Source: Octopus bimaculoides
Lineage: Eukaryota
Assembly: GCF_001194135.2 (NCBI RefSeq)
Contig: NC_068996.1
Span: 55,055,301-55,119,300, forward strand
Reading direction: 5' to 3'
Length of the DNA stretch: 64,000 bases
The notes below the pieces were generated by a model. That model was given only the letters and a program-made list of their open reading frames with translations, was not told where the DNA came from and made no database searches. Below, in pieces: positions 61,577 through 64,000 of this stretch (position 1 is its first letter; the number at the start of each line of letters is the position of its first letter). The position numbers were made by a program, and so were the translations under genes.

Positions 61577-62099
61577 TTACAGTGGCCATAACACTAGCTC
61601 ATTCATGACATAATCCACAAGAGTGGTTTATAGAGAGGTTTCAATTTGTTTTCACCATCACACATTTACAAATGACTATATTTTCAACATATTTATCATC
61701 GTAAGTTCATTCTTAATTTGACTTCTTATGTTTGTATTAAACATCAATAAGTAGGGAACTAATAAGCCTATAAAAAGACAAGCTAATAGCACCGTCAGAA
61801 TTAAGATGTTCGTTCTACATAAAGTACCTAGTGACTTTTAGTTGAACCTTTTTAAAGTAGCTACAAGGCTTTACAATGGTAAGAAATTTTACCTAAGTTC
61901 AACTGAATGACTAAAACAAGGATATCTAAGTAAAACAAAATTAACCAATTTCGAAGTAACTTCTGCATGAATAAGGACTTATCGTGCTTTGAAAAGTATC
62001 TTATATAAATATATGTATATATATTATATATAGTATAGATATATATATTTATACTGATAAAAGTAACAAAGTTTTCTCAAAAGGGTGAGCACTTGTGCA

Positions 62100-62342
62100 G
62101 TTGGCACATTAGAAAATCATTTGAGCGTGGCCATTGCCAGTACTGTGTGACTGGCCTTCATGCTGGTGGCACGTAAAAGCACCCACTACACTCTCGGAGT
62201 GGTTGGCATTAGAAAGGGCATCCAGCTGTAGAAACTAAGCCAAAACAGACTATGGAATCTGGTGCAGCCCCTGGCCTTGCCAGTTCCTTTCAAACTGCCC
62301 AACCCATGCCAGAATGGAATTTAAATGATGATGATGATGATA
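62100..62342 (+). mobile_element. RTE-LINE 3' end
   Basis: Same 3'UTR family with (GAT)n tail. Confidence 0.8.
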
Positions 62343-63212
62343 TATAAACAAACACACACACAACTGACCTCATCTGTAGTAGACATATTTAATATATTTA
62401 CATCATCAACATTTTTACATTCACTTTTCATGGTGGCACGAGTCATCATGGTCCAAGACATTTCTTATCAGGACCCACATTTCTTACATTGGTGCTGCTT
62501 TGTGTCGTCTGGCTTTCTATTACCAACAATTTTACTACTATACTCAGTGTACTGGGTGCATTTTCTCACGGTACCAGCACTAGAAGGGTTGTCAAGTTTT
62601 CAGTAAGGCAAGATTAAAGGGATTGCATAAACCCTATATCTCCATCTGAGAGAGAGAGAGGGCAGGAGGGGGCGAGAGGGGGAGGAAGATGGTTTGGAAG
62701 GGAGGGAGGGACGGAGGTATGTAGATCTTCTGGTGCAGAAGCAAAGCAGAGCTCTATGGGAGTTTTCAGATATGAGGGAAGAGATAACTGGTATATGAGA
62801 GAAGGGACTTCCGGTATGAGAGAAGAGATTTCTGGTATTGATGGTGGGGGCGAAGAACAGGCTAGCTTCGCATTAAGGTTACAAAGTTAATTTAACTCAG
62901 GATCGATTAGCATGTTAGTAATTCATGTTAAATAAGGAATGATGAATGATTAAAAAATGAGAGAAGTTTCTTAGCTTGGCGGCTACACATTTTGTGTCAT
63001 GATATGATGGTGTCAAATAGCTCAGCAAGATACTCTGCGATACTACCATTATCGGCACTGTCCTTTATTTTAGAAAGAACAGAAGATTGTGATTTAAAGG
63101 AGATTAGAGTGCTATTCCTAACAAGTTCAAATGACCACAAAGAGCCTCTGTTGTGACTTGTAAAAGCTGAAATAAAAGAAGTTTTACATGTATGAAGAAA
63201 CAGAAAGAATAC

Positions 63213-63317
63213 CTGGGATTGCTAATATAGCAAGGAGCCTGGAACATATGTTCTGGTATTCACAATTACATATGATAGCGGGTTCATATGGGATTCTGGT
63301 CAGTTTCTCTTTTACCA
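63213..63317 (-). CDS. NEURL4: Neuralized-like protein 4 exon (gene continues beyond window)
   Basis: tttgcag acceptor, GTATTC donor; VKEKLTRIPYEPAIICNCEYQNICSRLLAILAIP resembles human CEYHALCSRFQELLLLP; phase 1-1. Confidence 0.85.
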
Positions 63318-63499
63318 CTGCAAAGTAATGTACATATGTTAAATGGAATTTTTCAGTAAGAAGATATCAACCAATGATATACACAGATGTGCATGTACAC
63401 ACACACGCAAGCCTAGCACCCCCCAACTTCTTCATGGAGTTGTAAGGATGCTGCTGTGACATACAATGTATATTGAGAATTTTCAGACCTAGCAGACTC

Positions 63500-63645
63500 T
63501 TCAGGTTAGTATCATCATTAATGATGACACTAATGATGACAGCAACAATGATGGTGATGATGATGTTTATGGTGGTGGTGATGATGTTAATGATGGTGGT
63601 GGTGATGATGAGGATATGAATGATAACACTGATGATTATAATAAT
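63500..63645. repeat. Degenerate (GAT/GGT)n trinucleotide repeat
   Basis: Direct observation. Confidence 0.85.
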
Positions 63646-64000
63646 GCTTTCAAATTTTAGCACAAGGCCAGCAATTTTGGGGAGGGGTTAAATCGATTAA
63701 ATTGACCCTAGCACTCAACTGGTACTTATTTCATTGACCTCAGAAGGATAAAAGGAAAAGCCAACCCTGGTGGAATTTGAACTCAGAATGTAAAGATGGA
63801 AGAAAAACCACTAAGTATTTTGTCTGGTGTGCTAATGATTCTGCTAGCACAGCACGCTGCTGCTGCAGCAGCAGCAGCAGCAACAACGATGATGACAATG
63901 ATTGTAAACATGTCTACATCTTCCTTCCATATATAAAATATATATACATCTATAGATACACTCACGCACATATACAGATAGCTAGATAGGTAAAATACAA

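Noticed and set aside
62996-63166. 56-codon open frame in phase with the preceding NEURL4 exon (possible truncated isoform)
   Set aside because: It needs a 46-nt intron, has no NEURL4 homology and lies in what looks like a retroelement remnant.
1-64000. tRNA, snRNA or snoRNA genes
   Set aside because: Only tRNA-like SINE heads were seen; no cloverleaf, U-snRNA match or convincing C/D or H/ACA box pair was found by eye.

Overview
AT-rich animal genomic DNA with four assembly gaps. The repeat content resembles coleoid cephalopod (Octopus-like) genomes; that assignment is recalled from repeat-family knowledge and was not checked by a search. Two convergent spliced genes can be reconstructed by hand with consistent GT-AG phases. 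On the + strand is the 3' part of codanin-1 (CDAN1; coding exons 390-18405). On the - strand are the last five coding exons of NEURL4 (63317-52715), encoding its C-terminal ADP-ribosyltransferase-like domain. The introns and the ~32 kb between the genes are filled with transposon remnants: RTE LINEs and their (GAT)n-tailed 3' ends, tRNA-type SINEs, a nested R4/Dong cluster at (TAA)n, Tx1-like, Penelope-like, Tigger, DD37D maT, MITEs and a short 18S rRNA 5' fragment. Almost all ORFs in the supplied track are repeat- or microsatellite-derived. I see no prokaryote-type system such as CRISPR and no clearly new multi-gene system. The best leads are a Tyr in place of the catalytic His in NEURL4, an 18S-telomeric-repeat chimera beside a Penelope element, several long intronic foldbacks, the nested R4 array and a tentative small spliced gene near 29 kb. 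Protein comparisons are from memory of the human sequences; TE boundaries are approximate unless TIRs are cited.
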